A DNA stretch of 64,000 nucleotides from Planctomycetota bacterium (GCA_044222185.1 JBGANV010000006.1:344108-408107), one strand, 5' to 3'; positions 1 through 11,868 are shown, counted from the first letter of the stretch. The notes: generated from the letters alone by a model not told the origin. Program-made: numbers and translations.

Positions 1-1
1 G

Positions 2-919
2 GACGTGGATCCGTCGATCCCGCGGGACCTGGCCCGCGTCGTCGAGAAGGCCATCGCGCGCGATCCGGACCAGCGCTACTCGACGGCCGGCGAGTTGGGC
101 GCTGACCTCCGACGCTTCCTCGACGGGCGGCCCGTCACCGCTGAGCGTGTGTCGCCCCTGCGGGCGTTCGGCCTCTGGGCGCGTCGCCATGGGTCGCTCG
201 CTTTCGGGATCGGCGTCGCTTCGCTCGTGGTGGTCGCGTTGCTGGCGGGCACCATCGGCGTGGCATCGTCGTTCCGGCGCGAACGGGACCGCGAGAAAGC
301 CCTCCGTCAGGAGTCGGAGCGCACGCGCATCGCGCTGTCGAGTGCGATGTACGCCCGCGAGGTCTTCCTGGCTGGAATCGACGTGCGGGAGGTGGGCGGG
401 CGCGCGCGCATGCGCTCCAAACTGGATGCAGCCGCAGCGCTGGCGGCATCCGCCGGGTTGCCCCGCGGGTGGGAGTGGTTCTGGCTCGATGGCGTGGCGT
501 GGGGCGAACGGCTGACGAGGGACGAGCCCGCGACGCGCCCACCCCTGCCGGTGCTTCCGATCCGCCCAGCCGCGGCGGACGCAGCCGTCGCGAGCCCGGA
601 CGGCCGTCTCGAGGCCGTCATCGCCCCCGACGATTCGATCCACCTCGTCGATCGCAGCACGCACGCAACCCTTCGCGTGTTGTCGGGGCACACCCGCATG
701 GTTCGCTGCGTCGCCTGGCATCCCCGAGAAGCGCGACTGGCGTCGATCGGAGACGACGCATTCGTGCGCCTCTGGGATTCGGAGTCGGGCGCCGAGTTGC
801 TCGCGCTGGTGCTTCCGGCATCTGGCGTCTCCGTCGCGTGGAGCGAGGACGGCCGCGAACTCACCGCGCGCTGCGACGACGGCGCTCTCCGGCACTGGCG
901 CGCACCGCCGCCGAAATGA
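2..919 (+). CDS. Ser/Thr protein kinase with TM helix and C-terminal WD40 repeats (5'-truncated by the window edge)
   Basis: Kinase C-lobe end 'PRDLARVVEKAIARDPDQRYSTAGELGADLRRFLDGRPV', hydrophobic TM segment, 'RGWEWFWL' linker, WD40-like repeats 'LSGHTRMVRCVAWHP...SIGDDAFVRLWD'. Confidence 0.85.
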   Translation, partial: DVDPSIPRDLARVVEKAIARDPDQRYSTAGELGADLRRFLDGRPVTAERVSPLRAFGLWARRHGSLAFGIGVASLVVVALLAGTIGVASSFRRERDREKALRQESERTRIALSSAMYAREVFLAGIDVREVGGRARMRSKLDAAAALAASAGLPRGWEWFWLDGVAWGERLTRDEPATRPPLPVLPIRPAAADAAVASPDGRLEAVIAPDDSIHLVDRSTHATLRVLSGHTRMVRCVAWHPREARLASIGDDAFVRLWDSESGAELLALVLPASGVSVAWSEDGRELTARCDDGALRHWRAPPPK

Positions 920-1017
920 GAACGGGCGCGACGGATCGAAATCCGCCGCGCCCGCCGACGTGCCACCGTTGCGTACCCCCGATCCGGCGGCCGTCGTCTT
1001 CTCCTGATCTCCTTCCC

Positions 1018-2832
1018 TCAGTTGAACGTGAAGCGGTTGACCGGCGTCACGACCATGTCGAAGGCCGGCGCGGTGACGATCCCGACGCCCATGAAGTCCA
1101 GCGTGGTGCCGACGGGGAGCGACGCGCCCACGAGCGTCCCCGTGGGATAGAGCGCCGGGGCGACCGGGTAGGTCCAGTGGAAGACGTTCCCCGGACCCGC
1201 GGGCACCGCGATGATGGCGAACGTCAGGGCGTCCGGGTTCAGGCCGAGACCGGGGCCGAATCCCGTCGGGAGAGACGTGTCGAAGCTCACGAGGGTGTAG
1301 CCCTCGCTGACGTTGGCCGGCACACCCGACAGCGACAGGCTCAGCGGCCCGCCACCCGCCACGTTCGACGCGACGACGCGGAACGGCGTGCGGAAGACGT
1401 CCGCGAAGCCGGCGTTGCCGCCGAACGACGTGCCGTTGTTGCCGCCCGTCGAGTCCGTGAAGTTGCCGTCCATGTGGTACGACGCCGCGAGGCCGTACAC
1501 GTTGTCGAGCGTGGCGTCCATGTTGTTGGCGATGGCCGCACCCGTCCGGGCCACGGTCCACACGCGGACTTCATCGATGATGGCGTCGACCACGGACCCC
1601 GTGAAGAGCGCATGCCGGCCGATGCCCATCGGATCCGACGACTGGCGCACGAGCTGGCCGAGCAGGGGCGTCGGCGAGTTGATCTGCGTCGTGCTGGCGG
1701 CGACGAGCAGGCCATTGACGTAGAGCCTGATGGCTCCCTCGGACGCCGAGTAGGTGCCCGCGACGTGGTACCAGGTGGACAGGGTCACGGGCGTCGACGA
1801 TTGCACCAGGGCCCACCCGCATGGGCCGGCCGGACCAGTGAAGACGCTGAAGGCGAAGACTCCGCTGCTCAGGCTCAATTCCCAGCTCCGCGCCGTCGTG
1901 CAGGCGACCCCGTCGCCCTTTTCCACGATGTAGCCGCTGCTCGTGCCCGTCGGCATGACCCACGCCTCGACGGTCATCTCGGTCGCGTTCATGAGGCTCG
2001 CCGCGCTCGGCACCTGGGCGCCGTTGCCCGGGTTGGTGAAGAACGCCTTGTTCGGGACGTCCCAGCCAGCCGTGGCGGAGTACGTTGCGCCGTTCAGCAA
2101 TGCCGCGTGATTCGTTCCGATGGTGTCGAGTCCATTTCCGTTGAAGTTGACGGACGTCACGAGGCCCGGCGATGAGAACGTGATTTCGGCGTCGATCGTG
2201 CCGCGGATCTGCGCCTGGGTGCGCGCGACGTTCCAGACGCGCAGCGCGTCGACTTCCCCGCCCAACATGTTCGGGCCACCAGCGATCGGCCCGATCGTGC
2301 CGACGCGAACCGCCTGTGACGACTGGCGGAGTGTGTGGCCGGCCATGGGTGCCCCGGCTGGATTGTGGAGCGTCGTCTGGGATTCGAGCAGGACGCCGTC
2401 GAGGTAGATGCTGGCGATGCCCGGCGAGCTGGCGTAGGTCAGCGCGACGTGATGCCACGTGTTGGCCGTCACCTTCTTCGTCGACGAGTTGAGGAACCGA
2501 GCCTCGCCGGAAGCGGCCGTCCCGAAGAGGAGGAGCGCCTCGATCCGCCCGTCAGCCGCGAGGAGGATGTCGTAGGCGCGATCGGTGAAGATGCTGCCGC
2601 CGTCGCCCTTCGTGACGAGCCACTTGGAGACGCCGATCTGGTTGGTCTTGAACCAGAACTCCACGGTGAAGGCCGTCGGATTCTGCAGCCCGGCGGCGGA
2701 GGGGATGCTGGCGAGATCGTTGGCCCCGTCCAGGAGGAGGGCCTGGTTCTGGGCCTGGGTCGTCGCGACGACCCCGCAGAAGGCGAGTGCGAATGCGAGT
2801 GACATCGAACGACGGGATGTGACTGCGGACAT
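1018..2832 (-). CDS. Secreted tandem LamG/pentraxin-like jelly-roll domain protein with unnamed C-terminal domain
   Basis: Signal peptide 'MSAVTSRR...AFALAFCGVVATTQA'; two LamG repeats ('FTVEFWFK...WHHVALTY...IYLDG...VDALRVWNVART' and 'MTVEAWV...WYHVAGTY...LYVNG...IDEVRVWTVART'). Start moved from 2913 to ATG 2832. Confidence 0.85.
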   Translation of the reverse strand: MSAVTSRRSMSLAFALAFCGVVATTQAQNQALLLDGANDLASIPSAAGLQNPTAFTVEFWFKTNQIGVSKWLVTKGDGGSIFTDRAYDILLAADGRIEALLLFGTAASGEARFLNSSTKKVTANTWHHVALTYASSPGIASIYLDGVLLESQTTLHNPAGAPMAGHTLRQSSQAVRVGTIGPIAGGPNMLGGEVDALRVWNVARTQAQIRGTIDAEITFSSPGLVTSVNFNGNGLDTIGTNHAALLNGATYSATAGWDVPNKAFFTNPGNGAQVPSAASLMNATEMTVEAWVMPTGTSSGYIVEKGDGVACTTARSWELSLSSGVFAFSVFTGPAGPCGWALVQSSTPVTLSTWYHVAGTYSASEGAIRLYVNGLLVAASTTQINSPTPLLGQLVRQSSDPMGIGRHALFTGSVVDAIIDEVRVWTVARTGAAIANNMDATLDNVYGLAASYHMDGNFTDSTGGNNGTSFGGNAGFADVFRTPFRVVASNVAGGGPLSLSLSGVPANVSEGYTLVSFDTSLPTGFGPGLGLNPDALTFAIIAVPAGPGNVFHWTYPVAPALYPTGTLVGASLPVGTTLDFMGVGIVTAPAFDMVVTPVNRFTFN

Positions 2833-3066
2833 AGGGATTCCTTTCCTCGAACGGACCATGCGTGGGAACCAGCCCGGGAACATCGGCGTCGGTGGCGACG
2901 GCCACGGTGGCACGCGCCATCCGGGACGCCCTGCGGGCCGGACACCCCTTCCTCACGCACGGGGGCGATCACCCCTCATGCGGCATGGATCTTTCGCGGC
3001 ACCGGCTCCTTGGCGCTGGTGCGGAATCCCGTCGATCTGGCCGGCACGGCGGTGCCGAGCGGTCGA

Positions 3067-5580
3067 TCAGAGGCTCAGGATGGTCATGGGTTCGAGGTTC
3101 GTCAGACGGCCCGCCGCCGGAATCCAGGCCTGGCAGTAGATCGTCACGCCCACGTAGCTCGCGCCCGCGGGGACGATGGCTCCGAACGTGGCAGGACCAT
3201 TCGCCGGGATGAACCCCGTCGTCGTGAATCCGAGGAGGTTCGGGTCGACCAGCAACGTGCCGGCGCTCCCGAGCGGAGTCGACACCGATCCGCCGGACGC
3301 TGCGAGCAGGTAGGCGGCGTTCGGCGGTCCGAAGATCTCGAGCGAGGCCGGGCGCCCGGGTCGCGGCAGGTCTCCGCGGGAGAGGTGGCGCAGCGTGTTG
3401 GAGTAGATCCGGCCGGTGCCAAGGAGGATGTCGAGATCTCCGTCCCTGTCGAGGTCGAGGACGTCGGGAGCGCGGAGTCCGAAGGGCGTTGCGGGCGGCA
3501 CTGCCACCGTCGCGGCACCGGAGCCGCTTCCGAAAGTCTGCGGTGGGGCGAACGTGAGGTTGCCCAGGGTCTGGACCCACGCCGCGTTGCCGATGACGTC
3601 CAAGTCCCCATCCTCGTCGACGTCGGCCAATCGGATTCGACCAAGGTCGCCGCCGAGGATGTTCCAAGCGAGCGCGAACGTCCCACTGCCGACGTTGCGC
3701 CAGACCTGCCCGCCGAAGACGGCGTCGTTGTCTCCATCGCCATCGAGATCGCCGACGGCGACGCCGACTGCGGTGCCGGGCGCGAAACTCGTCGACTGGA
3801 CGAAGACGCCTCCGCCGAGGTTCACGAAGAGACGGCTTTGGGTCGCGAGGCTTCCGGCGGCATCGGCTTCGAAGATGTCGAGGTCCCCGTCACCATCCGC
3901 ATCGCCGAGCGCGAGGTCACCCGCGAACGTGTTGGCTCCAGGTAGGAGCGCCGGTGTCCACGCGGTCCCGCCGTTCCCGTTCCAGAGGATCATGCAGGGG
4001 ACCGCCGGGGAGCCATTGTAGAAATACGGCCTCCGCGCGAGCGCGAGGTCGAGGTCCCCGTCCCCATCGAGATCTCCGGCGTGCGCCGTCCACGTGTCCC
4101 CGCCTGCTGGAATCGTCGCTGCGAGACTCCACGTCCCACCGGAGTTCACGAAGTACTCGCTCACCGTTCCGAACGCCGGACCCGGCTTCATCACGTCGAG
4201 GTCTCCGTCGCCGTCCGCATCGAACGCGATCCAGTCCGTCACCCCGAGGGAGGTCGGTATGGTTTGCGGACCCAGCTGGAATCTCGCGTTGCCGTCGTTC
4301 ATCCCGGTCACGAGCTGCGTCGTGCCCGCGGAGGCCGTGAGGGCGAGGACATCGGGGGTGCCGTCGGCGTTCAGATCACCGAAACCATGGGCCCCGACGA
4401 ATGACGGCGGCATGGCCTGGACGTGGGGTACGAGCGCGTTCTGACCGGTATTGAAGTACACCTCCTGCCGGAACGCGAGGAATGCGATGTCGATGTCGCC
4501 GTCGCCGTCGAAGTCGCCGCGCGCGACCGACGCTGGTAGTCCCGATGCCTGGAGCGAGAGCGTCTGGATGGGTGCGGAGACCGCCCCGCTGGGGCTCACG
4601 AGGCGCAGATCGAGAGCCGCGCCTGCGCTCGTCACCAAGTCCGGGCGCCCGTCGCCGTCCAGGTCCACGGGTAGGAGGATCGCTGGAGATCCCGCAAGAG
4701 CGAGGAACGTACTCGCGAAGACGCCGCCCGGCCGCGTGAGCTGCACCTCGATGCCGTTCCCAGCGAGCGACGACTGGCGGGCGATCACCAGATCCAAGAA
4801 CCCGTCCCCATCGCAGTCGGCGACCGCGGCCTCCCGGCACCCGATCGCGGTGCCGAGGTTCGTGGGAGCGTACGCGAAGGTCCCTGCCGTGTTGACGGCG
4901 ACCAGGCGCGCGGTTGCGGTGTATTCGGCGTTGAGTCCGACGACATCCAGATCGCCGTCGTGATCGATGTCGAGGAGGTGGACGATGCCGGCGAGGGGAG
5001 GCGTGGACGGCAGGCTCGTCGGAGCGTTCGTGAACGTCGCACTTCCGTTGTTGAGCCAGAGTGCCGCAGGCAACGGGATGTAGTTGTGGGGGGACTGTGC
5101 GATCAACGAGAGGACCAGGTCCTGGTCGCCGTCGCCGTCGACGTCACCCGCGGCGATCGACACGACGACCGCGCCGAGCGCCAGCGTCGGTCCCGGGGTT
5201 GCCGCCGCGAAGAATCCGCCGCCGGTGTTCCGGAACATGAGAACGGTCCCCTGGCTGCTGAAGCCCACGAGGTCGAGACTGCCGTTTCCGTCCAGGTCGA
5301 CGGCGCGGACTGCGCCGCTCCGGGCGAAGCCGAATGACGGGCTTCCGGACACGGCGGTGAACCGTGCCTGGCCGTCGTTGAGGTGGACTCCGCTGCTGCA
5401 CACGAGGTCCTGGTCGCCGTCGCCGTCCACGTCGAAGGAGATGAGGGGCGCGCCGGCCTCAGCCGTCAGGGGTTCCTCGAGGGCACGAAAGAGCGGCGAC
5501 TGAGCCGGCAAGTGCGCGCCGAGGACTCCGAGGGCGAGGAATGCGACAAGTCCGAGGATCGTCTTCGAGAGGGCCCGCAT
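3067..5580 (-). CDS. Secreted FG-GAP/VCBS repeat protein with unnamed C-terminal domain
   Basis: Signal peptide; more than 12 Ca-binding 'DxDGDGDxD' repeats. Confidence 0.9.
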   Translation of the reverse strand: MRALSKTILGLVAFLALGVLGAHLPAQSPLFRALEEPLTAEAGAPLISFDVDGDGDQDLVCSSGVHLNDGQARFTAVSGSPSFGFARSGAVRAVDLDGNGSLDLVGFSSQGTVLMFRNTGGGFFAAATPGPTLALGAVVVSIAAGDVDGDGDQDLVLSLIAQSPHNYIPLPAALWLNNGSATFTNAPTSLPSTPPLAGIVHLLDIDHDGDLDVVGLNAEYTATARLVAVNTAGTFAYAPTNLGTAIGCREAAVADCDGDGFLDLVIARQSSLAGNGIEVQLTRPGGVFASTFLALAGSPAILLPVDLDGDGRPDLVTSAGAALDLRLVSPSGAVSAPIQTLSLQASGLPASVARGDFDGDGDIDIAFLAFRQEVYFNTGQNALVPHVQAMPPSFVGAHGFGDLNADGTPDVLALTASAGTTQLVTGMNDGNARFQLGPQTIPTSLGVTDWIAFDADGDGDLDVMKPGPAFGTVSEYFVNSGGTWSLAATIPAGGDTWTAHAGDLDGDGDLDLALARRPYFYNGSPAVPCMILWNGNGGTAWTPALLPGANTFAGDLALGDADGDGDLDIFEADAAGSLATQSRLFVNLGGGVFVQSTSFAPGTAVGVAVGDLDGDGDNDAVFGGQVWRNVGSGTFALAWNILGGDLGRIRLADVDEDGDLDVIGNAAWVQTLGNLTFAPPQTFGSGSGAATVAVPPATPFGLRAPDVLDLDRDGDLDILLGTGRIYSNTLRHLSRGDLPRPGRPASLEIFGPPNAAYLLAASGGSVSTPLGSAGTLLVDPNLLGFTTTGFIPANGPATFGAIVPAGASYVGVTIYCQAWIPAAGRLTNLEPMTILSL

Positions 5581-5872
5581 GGTTCACCTGTCGGCGCCGT
5601 GAGCAACCGCGGTGCCGCGGGGGTTTTCCCGCGAATCCAGGCAGCCTCCGTTCCAAGGGCGTTACCCGGGCGTAGCTTTCGACCCCGCGGCCCGCGTGGC
5701 GCCGCCGGCTGGCGCACCGAGGACGCGGTCGGGCCGTCCGATTTCGTCAGGGCGCCGTTCTCGGAACGGCCCCGATTTCGTCTCCGCCCGGTAATCCCCG
5801 GCCGGAAGCCACACGGTGTGTGGTCCGAGAAACACCCCCGAAAAGCGTCCCAAACCCACGGAGACAAACATC

Positions 5873-6478
5873 ATGGATGCCGGAACCCCCGACCCGGAAA
5901 CCCACGGAACCGAGACCGTGACCGACTGGATCGTCCGCCTGAAGCAGGGCGACGCCTCGGCTGCCCGCCAGATCTGGAACCGCTACTTCGATCGGTTGAC
6001 CAAGCTCGCCGAGCGGCGCCTCCTCGGCGCGGCCACGGCGCTGCCCGCGGGCGACGACGTCGCACTCGAATCCCTGAACGCACTCTTCGAGGGCGCCCAG
6101 GCCGGCCGATTCACGCGCCTCGACGATCGCGATGATCTCTGGCAGGTCCTGACCCTCATCGCGTGTCGCCGCGCGTCGAACGCCCGCCGTTCCGCCCGAG
6201 CGCGCAAGGACGTGGCCGCGTCAGCTTCGGGCGTGGATCTGGAGATGTTCTCCGGCGGACTCGCCCCCGTGGTCGACACGGAGCCCAACGATCAATGGCT
6301 CGGTGGAATCACGGCCGCGTGTTCCGAACTCCTGGGTCTCCTCGACGTGAAGCTGAAGCGGATCGCCATCTCGCGCCTCCAGGGCTACACGAACATGGAG
6401 ATCGCCACGCAGCGTGCCTGTTCCGTGAAGAGCGTCGAGCGCTACATGCGGATGATCCGCGAGCGGTGGGCTGATTGA
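5873..6478 (+). CDS. ECF-type RNA polymerase sigma factor (planctomycete-type)
   Basis: 'VTDWIVRLKQGDASAARQIWNRYFDRL', 'DRDDLWQVL', region 4 'LQGYTNMEIATQRACSVKSVER'; GGAG RBS before ATG 5873. Confidence 0.85.
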   Translation: MDAGTPDPETHGTETVTDWIVRLKQGDASAARQIWNRYFDRLTKLAERRLLGAATALPAGDDVALESLNALFEGAQAGRFTRLDDRDDLWQVLTLIACRRASNARRSARARKDVAASASGVDLEMFSGGLAPVVDTEPNDQWLGGITAACSELLGLLDVKLKRIAISRLQGYTNMEIATQRACSVKSVERYMRMIRERWAD

Positions 6479-6497
6479 GGCGTCGCGCCCCGCGGCC

Positions 6498-7397
6498 TCA
6501 CCACCGCGAGCGGTCGATGTCGTCGTACTCGTAGCCGAAGCGCCGCGCGCTCGGCCGTCGCCGGGAGAGGGCTGCGTGCCAGATCGGGCTCGTCGGGAAC
6601 AGGCGAATGAGGATGAACCCCGCGAGGAACCCGCCGATGTGGGCCCACCACGCGACGCCACCGCTCCCGCTGGGGGAGAGGAAGCTCATCAGGACCTGCT
6701 CACCGAGGTAGATCACGAGGTAGAGGATGGCCGGCAGGTGCATCGTCGTCCAGAAGCCGAGAAGCGGTACGACGGTGAGGACCTGCGCCCGCGGGAAGCG
6801 GAGTGCGAACCCGCCCATCACTCCCGCGATGGCGCCCGACGCGCCCAGGAACACGACGATCGATCCCAGGTCCGTGAGCAAGTGGGCCGCCGACGCCGCG
6901 AGCCCGCACGCGAGATAGAACGCGGCGAACCCGAGCTTGCCGAGGAGGTCCTCGACGCTGGCGCCGAACACCCAGAGGAACCACATGTTCCCGAGGAGAT
7001 GCAGCCATCCGGCGTGCATGAACATGGACGTGAGGAGCGTGAGCCACGGGTGGATCCGCGGCGAGACGGCACGCAGCCCGATGAACCCGCGGTATTGGTA
7101 ACGGGGGCCGTCGGACGTCCGCGAGACCGTGATCTCGCTCACGTCGACGCGCGGGTCGTAGGGAATCACTTCGCCCTTGCCCGTGATCGCCGCGACGGGC
7201 GTGCCCGCCGCCATCAACACCGTCAGGTCCGGATGGCTGAGCGTGTACGGGATCGTCGCGTACTCGTACATGTGCCGCTGGAACGCGGCGTCGCCGCCCG
7301 ACTTCATCGCGAGGAAGACCGCGAGGTTCAGTCCGACGATGAGCCAGGTGACGACCGGGCGCGAGTAGACGGGATTTTCAGCGCGGATCGGGAACAC
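6498..7397 (-). CDS. Rhomboid family intramembrane serine protease
   Basis: 'TSMFMHAGWLHLLGNMWFLWVFG', catalytic 'GASGAIAG' and 'AHIGGF'; likely GTG start 'MFPIR'. Confidence 0.9.
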   Translation of the reverse strand: MFPIRAENPVYSRPVVTWLIVGLNLAVFLAMKSGGDAAFQRHMYEYATIPYTLSHPDLTVLMAAGTPVAAITGKGEVIPYDPRVDVSEITVSRTSDGPRYQYRGFIGLRAVSPRIHPWLTLLTSMFMHAGWLHLLGNMWFLWVFGASVEDLLGKLGFAAFYLACGLAASAAHLLTDLGSIVVFLGASGAIAGVMGGFALRFPRAQVLTVVPLLGFWTTMHLPAILYLVIYLGEQVLMSFLSPSGSGGVAWWAHIGGFLAGFILIRLFPTSPIWHAALSRRRPSARRFGYEYDDIDRSRW

Positions 7398-7454
7398 GAT
7401 GCGGGCACGGTACGCGCTTGGCGCCAGGGCGCGAAGCCCGAGCGCCGCGCGCAC

Positions 7455-9427
<1,973 letters not shown>

Positions 9428-9431
<4 letters not shown>

Positions 9432-10384
9432 GCGGGCGTTCCTGCGGTGGCTTTCCCGATGGCATCGAGCAGCTCGGGCCCGATGGCGACGGACTCGGCC
9501 TTCACGTCGTCGATCAGTTGCTTCTCGCTCGTGACGCCGACGATCACCGACGCGACGTTGGGATCGCGCAGGCACCAGCGCAGGGACGCTTGCGGAAGTG
9601 TGACTCCGGCGGCTTCCGCCAGGCGCTTCGCCTGATCGACGCGGGTGAGGATGGTCGGGTCGAGGTATCGGTCGATGAACGCGTTCGATCTGGGATCGGC
9701 CGCCCGGCTTCCCGGTGGACGCTTGCCTCCCGAATACTTGCCCGAGAGCACGCCCTGGGCGAGCGGTGAGAACACGACCTGTGAGAGGCCGAATTCGCGG
9801 GAGACGGGAATGACCTCGGGCTCGATCGCCCGATCGAGGAGGTTGTACGGCGGCTGGTTGCTGATGGGCTTCTCGCGGCCCGCGGCTTCCGCGATGCGAC
9901 AGACGTTCGTGATTTGCGCGCCAGTCCAGTAGCTCACGCCCCAATGGAGGATCTTCCCGGCGGTGACGAGGTCGTCCATGGTGCGGACGAGTTCCTCGAG
10001 CGGGGCGTCGGGGTCGAAACGATGACACTGGTAGAGGTCGACGTGATCCGTCTTCAGCCGTTCCAGGCTGTGATCGATGCTCGCTCGGATGTGCTTGCGT
10101 GACAGTCCCCGGTCGAAGCGGTGATCCGACATGGGGAAGAAGCACTTGGTCGCAAGCACGTAGTGATCGCGGTTGACACCCTCGAATGCCCGTCCCCATG
10201 CGGTTTCGGCGATTCCCTGGCCGTAGACGTCGGCCGTGTCGAAGAACGTCACGCCCAGGTCGAGGGCCTTGCGGACGAGGGCAGTGGTCTCGCTTTGCGC
10301 GACGGTCTGACCCATCGTGAGCCAGGCTCCGAGGCCGATCGTGCTCACGGAGAGGCTGCTGTTGCCGATGCGACGGTGTTGCAT
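9428..10384 (-). CDS. Aldo/keto reductase (Kv-beta-like)
   Basis: 'GLGAW', 'FFDTADVYG', 'LATK', 'DLYQCHRFD', 'QPPYNLL', '[12 protein letters not shown]'. Confidence 0.93.
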
Positions 10385-10475
10385 GGGGCGAAGCCTATCA
10401 GATCGAACGGAAGCGGTGGAGCCGGGGCGTCGCGGGGCTTGCCAACGAATGCGGCGCCGAGCTAGGCTCGGGCGC

Positions 10476-11843
10476 ATGTCTCCGGCAGCTCCCCGCACGT
10501 TCGATCCCTCGCAGGCGCTGGCGCTCGCCTATGACGGCCCAGGTCCCGTCGTCGTTCGCGGGCGGGCTGGAGTCGGTCGCACGACGGTCCTCGTCGCGCG
10601 GGTGGCAGCGTCGCTGGCGCAGCCGGCGCTGGTCCCGCGGCGCATCCTCGTGCTCACGCCGCACGCCGCGGCCGTCGCGGGGCTTCGCACGGCGATCACC
10701 GCGCGACTCGGGCGGGATACCACCGACCTCGAAGTTCGCACGGTGGATTCACTCTGCGCCGACGTGTTGGACCGTGCCGGGCGTCCCCTCGAACGATTGT
10801 CGGAGGTCGAAGCGTCCGGGTTCATGGCTGATGCGCTGGCGGCCGTCAGGCGTCGTGACGCTCGGCCCGTCCTCTCGCGGAGCGATGCCTTCTTCGCCTC
10901 GGAGATCGGCGAGGTGATCAAGGGGCGGGCGCTGGGGTTGCGTGAGGAGTACCTCTCGCTCGATCGCGAGGGCCGCTGGCGTGGCCTCGAAGCGAGCGTG
11001 CGCGAGAGCGTCTGGGCGGTCTACCAGGAGTACGAGCGGCGACTCCATGCCGCGGGCGCGAGCGACGCCGAGGGACTGTCGATCCACGCCTTGGGAGCCG
11101 TGGGCGCGGGCGGCGAGATCCAGGTCGACGCCGTCTACGTGGACGATGCCCACGCGCTTCCCAAGGCGGCGCTTCAGCTCTGCCGCGCGGTGGCTCGGCC
11201 GTCCGATCACATCTGGATCTTCACGGATGACTCGCAGCGGTACTTCCGTCAGGGCTTCACCCTGAAAGAGGCGGGCATCGAGGCGCGCCGCAGCTTCGAG
11301 CTCGAGCACGACTGGCGTCGCAGCGAGAGTCTGCGGCGCTTCTGCGACGCGCTGGCGCAGGACGATCCGACCGGCAAGGCGTCGACGATCGTGCCGCGGT
11401 CGGACGACGTTCGGGTGGAAGCAGCCGCGGATTTCGTGTCCCAATTTCCAGCGGCGATGGAGATCGTTCGCGGCCTTTTCGCCGAGGGCGTCGCTCCGAC
11501 GGAGATCGCCGTCGTCACACGATTCGATCGCAACGTGCGGTTGATCGGTAGGGCCGCGACGGACGCGGGCCTTTCCACCGTTCGCGCCGGTGCGCTTGCG
11601 ACCAATCCAGGATCCCACGTCGTCATGGGCACCGTCGACGAGATTCGCGGACTCGAATTCGAGGCGGTCGTCATCGTGGACGCGAGTCGGGGCGCGTTCC
11701 CCAGCGACGACGGCGGCCAGGACCCGTCGGTCGTCTTCCGCGATCGGCGCAGACTGTTCGTCGCCGCGTCGCGCGCGCGGTCGCGGATCGCGCTCGTGCA
11801 CCAAGAGGGATTGGCTTCGCCGTTCCTGCCGACGTTCGTGTGA
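10476..11843 (+). CDS. UvrD/Rep-like SF1 helicase-fold protein with divergent motifs
   Basis: Motif I 'GRAGVGRT', II 'YVDDAH', III 'DDSQR', V 'RGLEFEAV', VI 'LFVAASRAR'. Confidence 0.75.
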   Translation: MSPAAPRTFDPSQALALAYDGPGPVVVRGRAGVGRTTVLVARVAASLAQPALVPRRILVLTPHAAAVAGLRTAITARLGRDTTDLEVRTVDSLCADVLDRAGRPLERLSEVEASGFMADALAAVRRRDARPVLSRSDAFFASEIGEVIKGRALGLREEYLSLDREGRWRGLEASVRESVWAVYQEYERRLHAAGASDAEGLSIHALGAVGAGGEIQVDAVYVDDAHALPKAALQLCRAVARPSDHIWIFTDDSQRYFRQGFTLKEAGIEARRSFELEHDWRRSESLRRFCDALAQDDPTGKASTIVPRSDDVRVEAAADFVSQFPAAMEIVRGLFAEGVAPTEIAVVTRFDRNVRLIGRAATDAGLSTVRAGALATNPGSHVVMGTVDEIRGLEFEAVVIVDASRGAFPSDDGGQDPSVVFRDRRRLFVAASRARSRIALVHQEGLASPFLPTFV

Positions 11844-11868
11844 CGATCGCACGCGCGTCCGCCCGCGG

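Noticed and set aside
6498-7397. Rhomboid as a rhombosortase for the shared C-terminal domains
   Set aside because: It looks like a generic rhomboid, and the tails lack the GlyGly-CTERM TM helix and basic cluster.
10476-11843. Anti-phage defence helicase system
   Set aside because: No partner nuclease or defence-island context; neighbours are metabolic genes.
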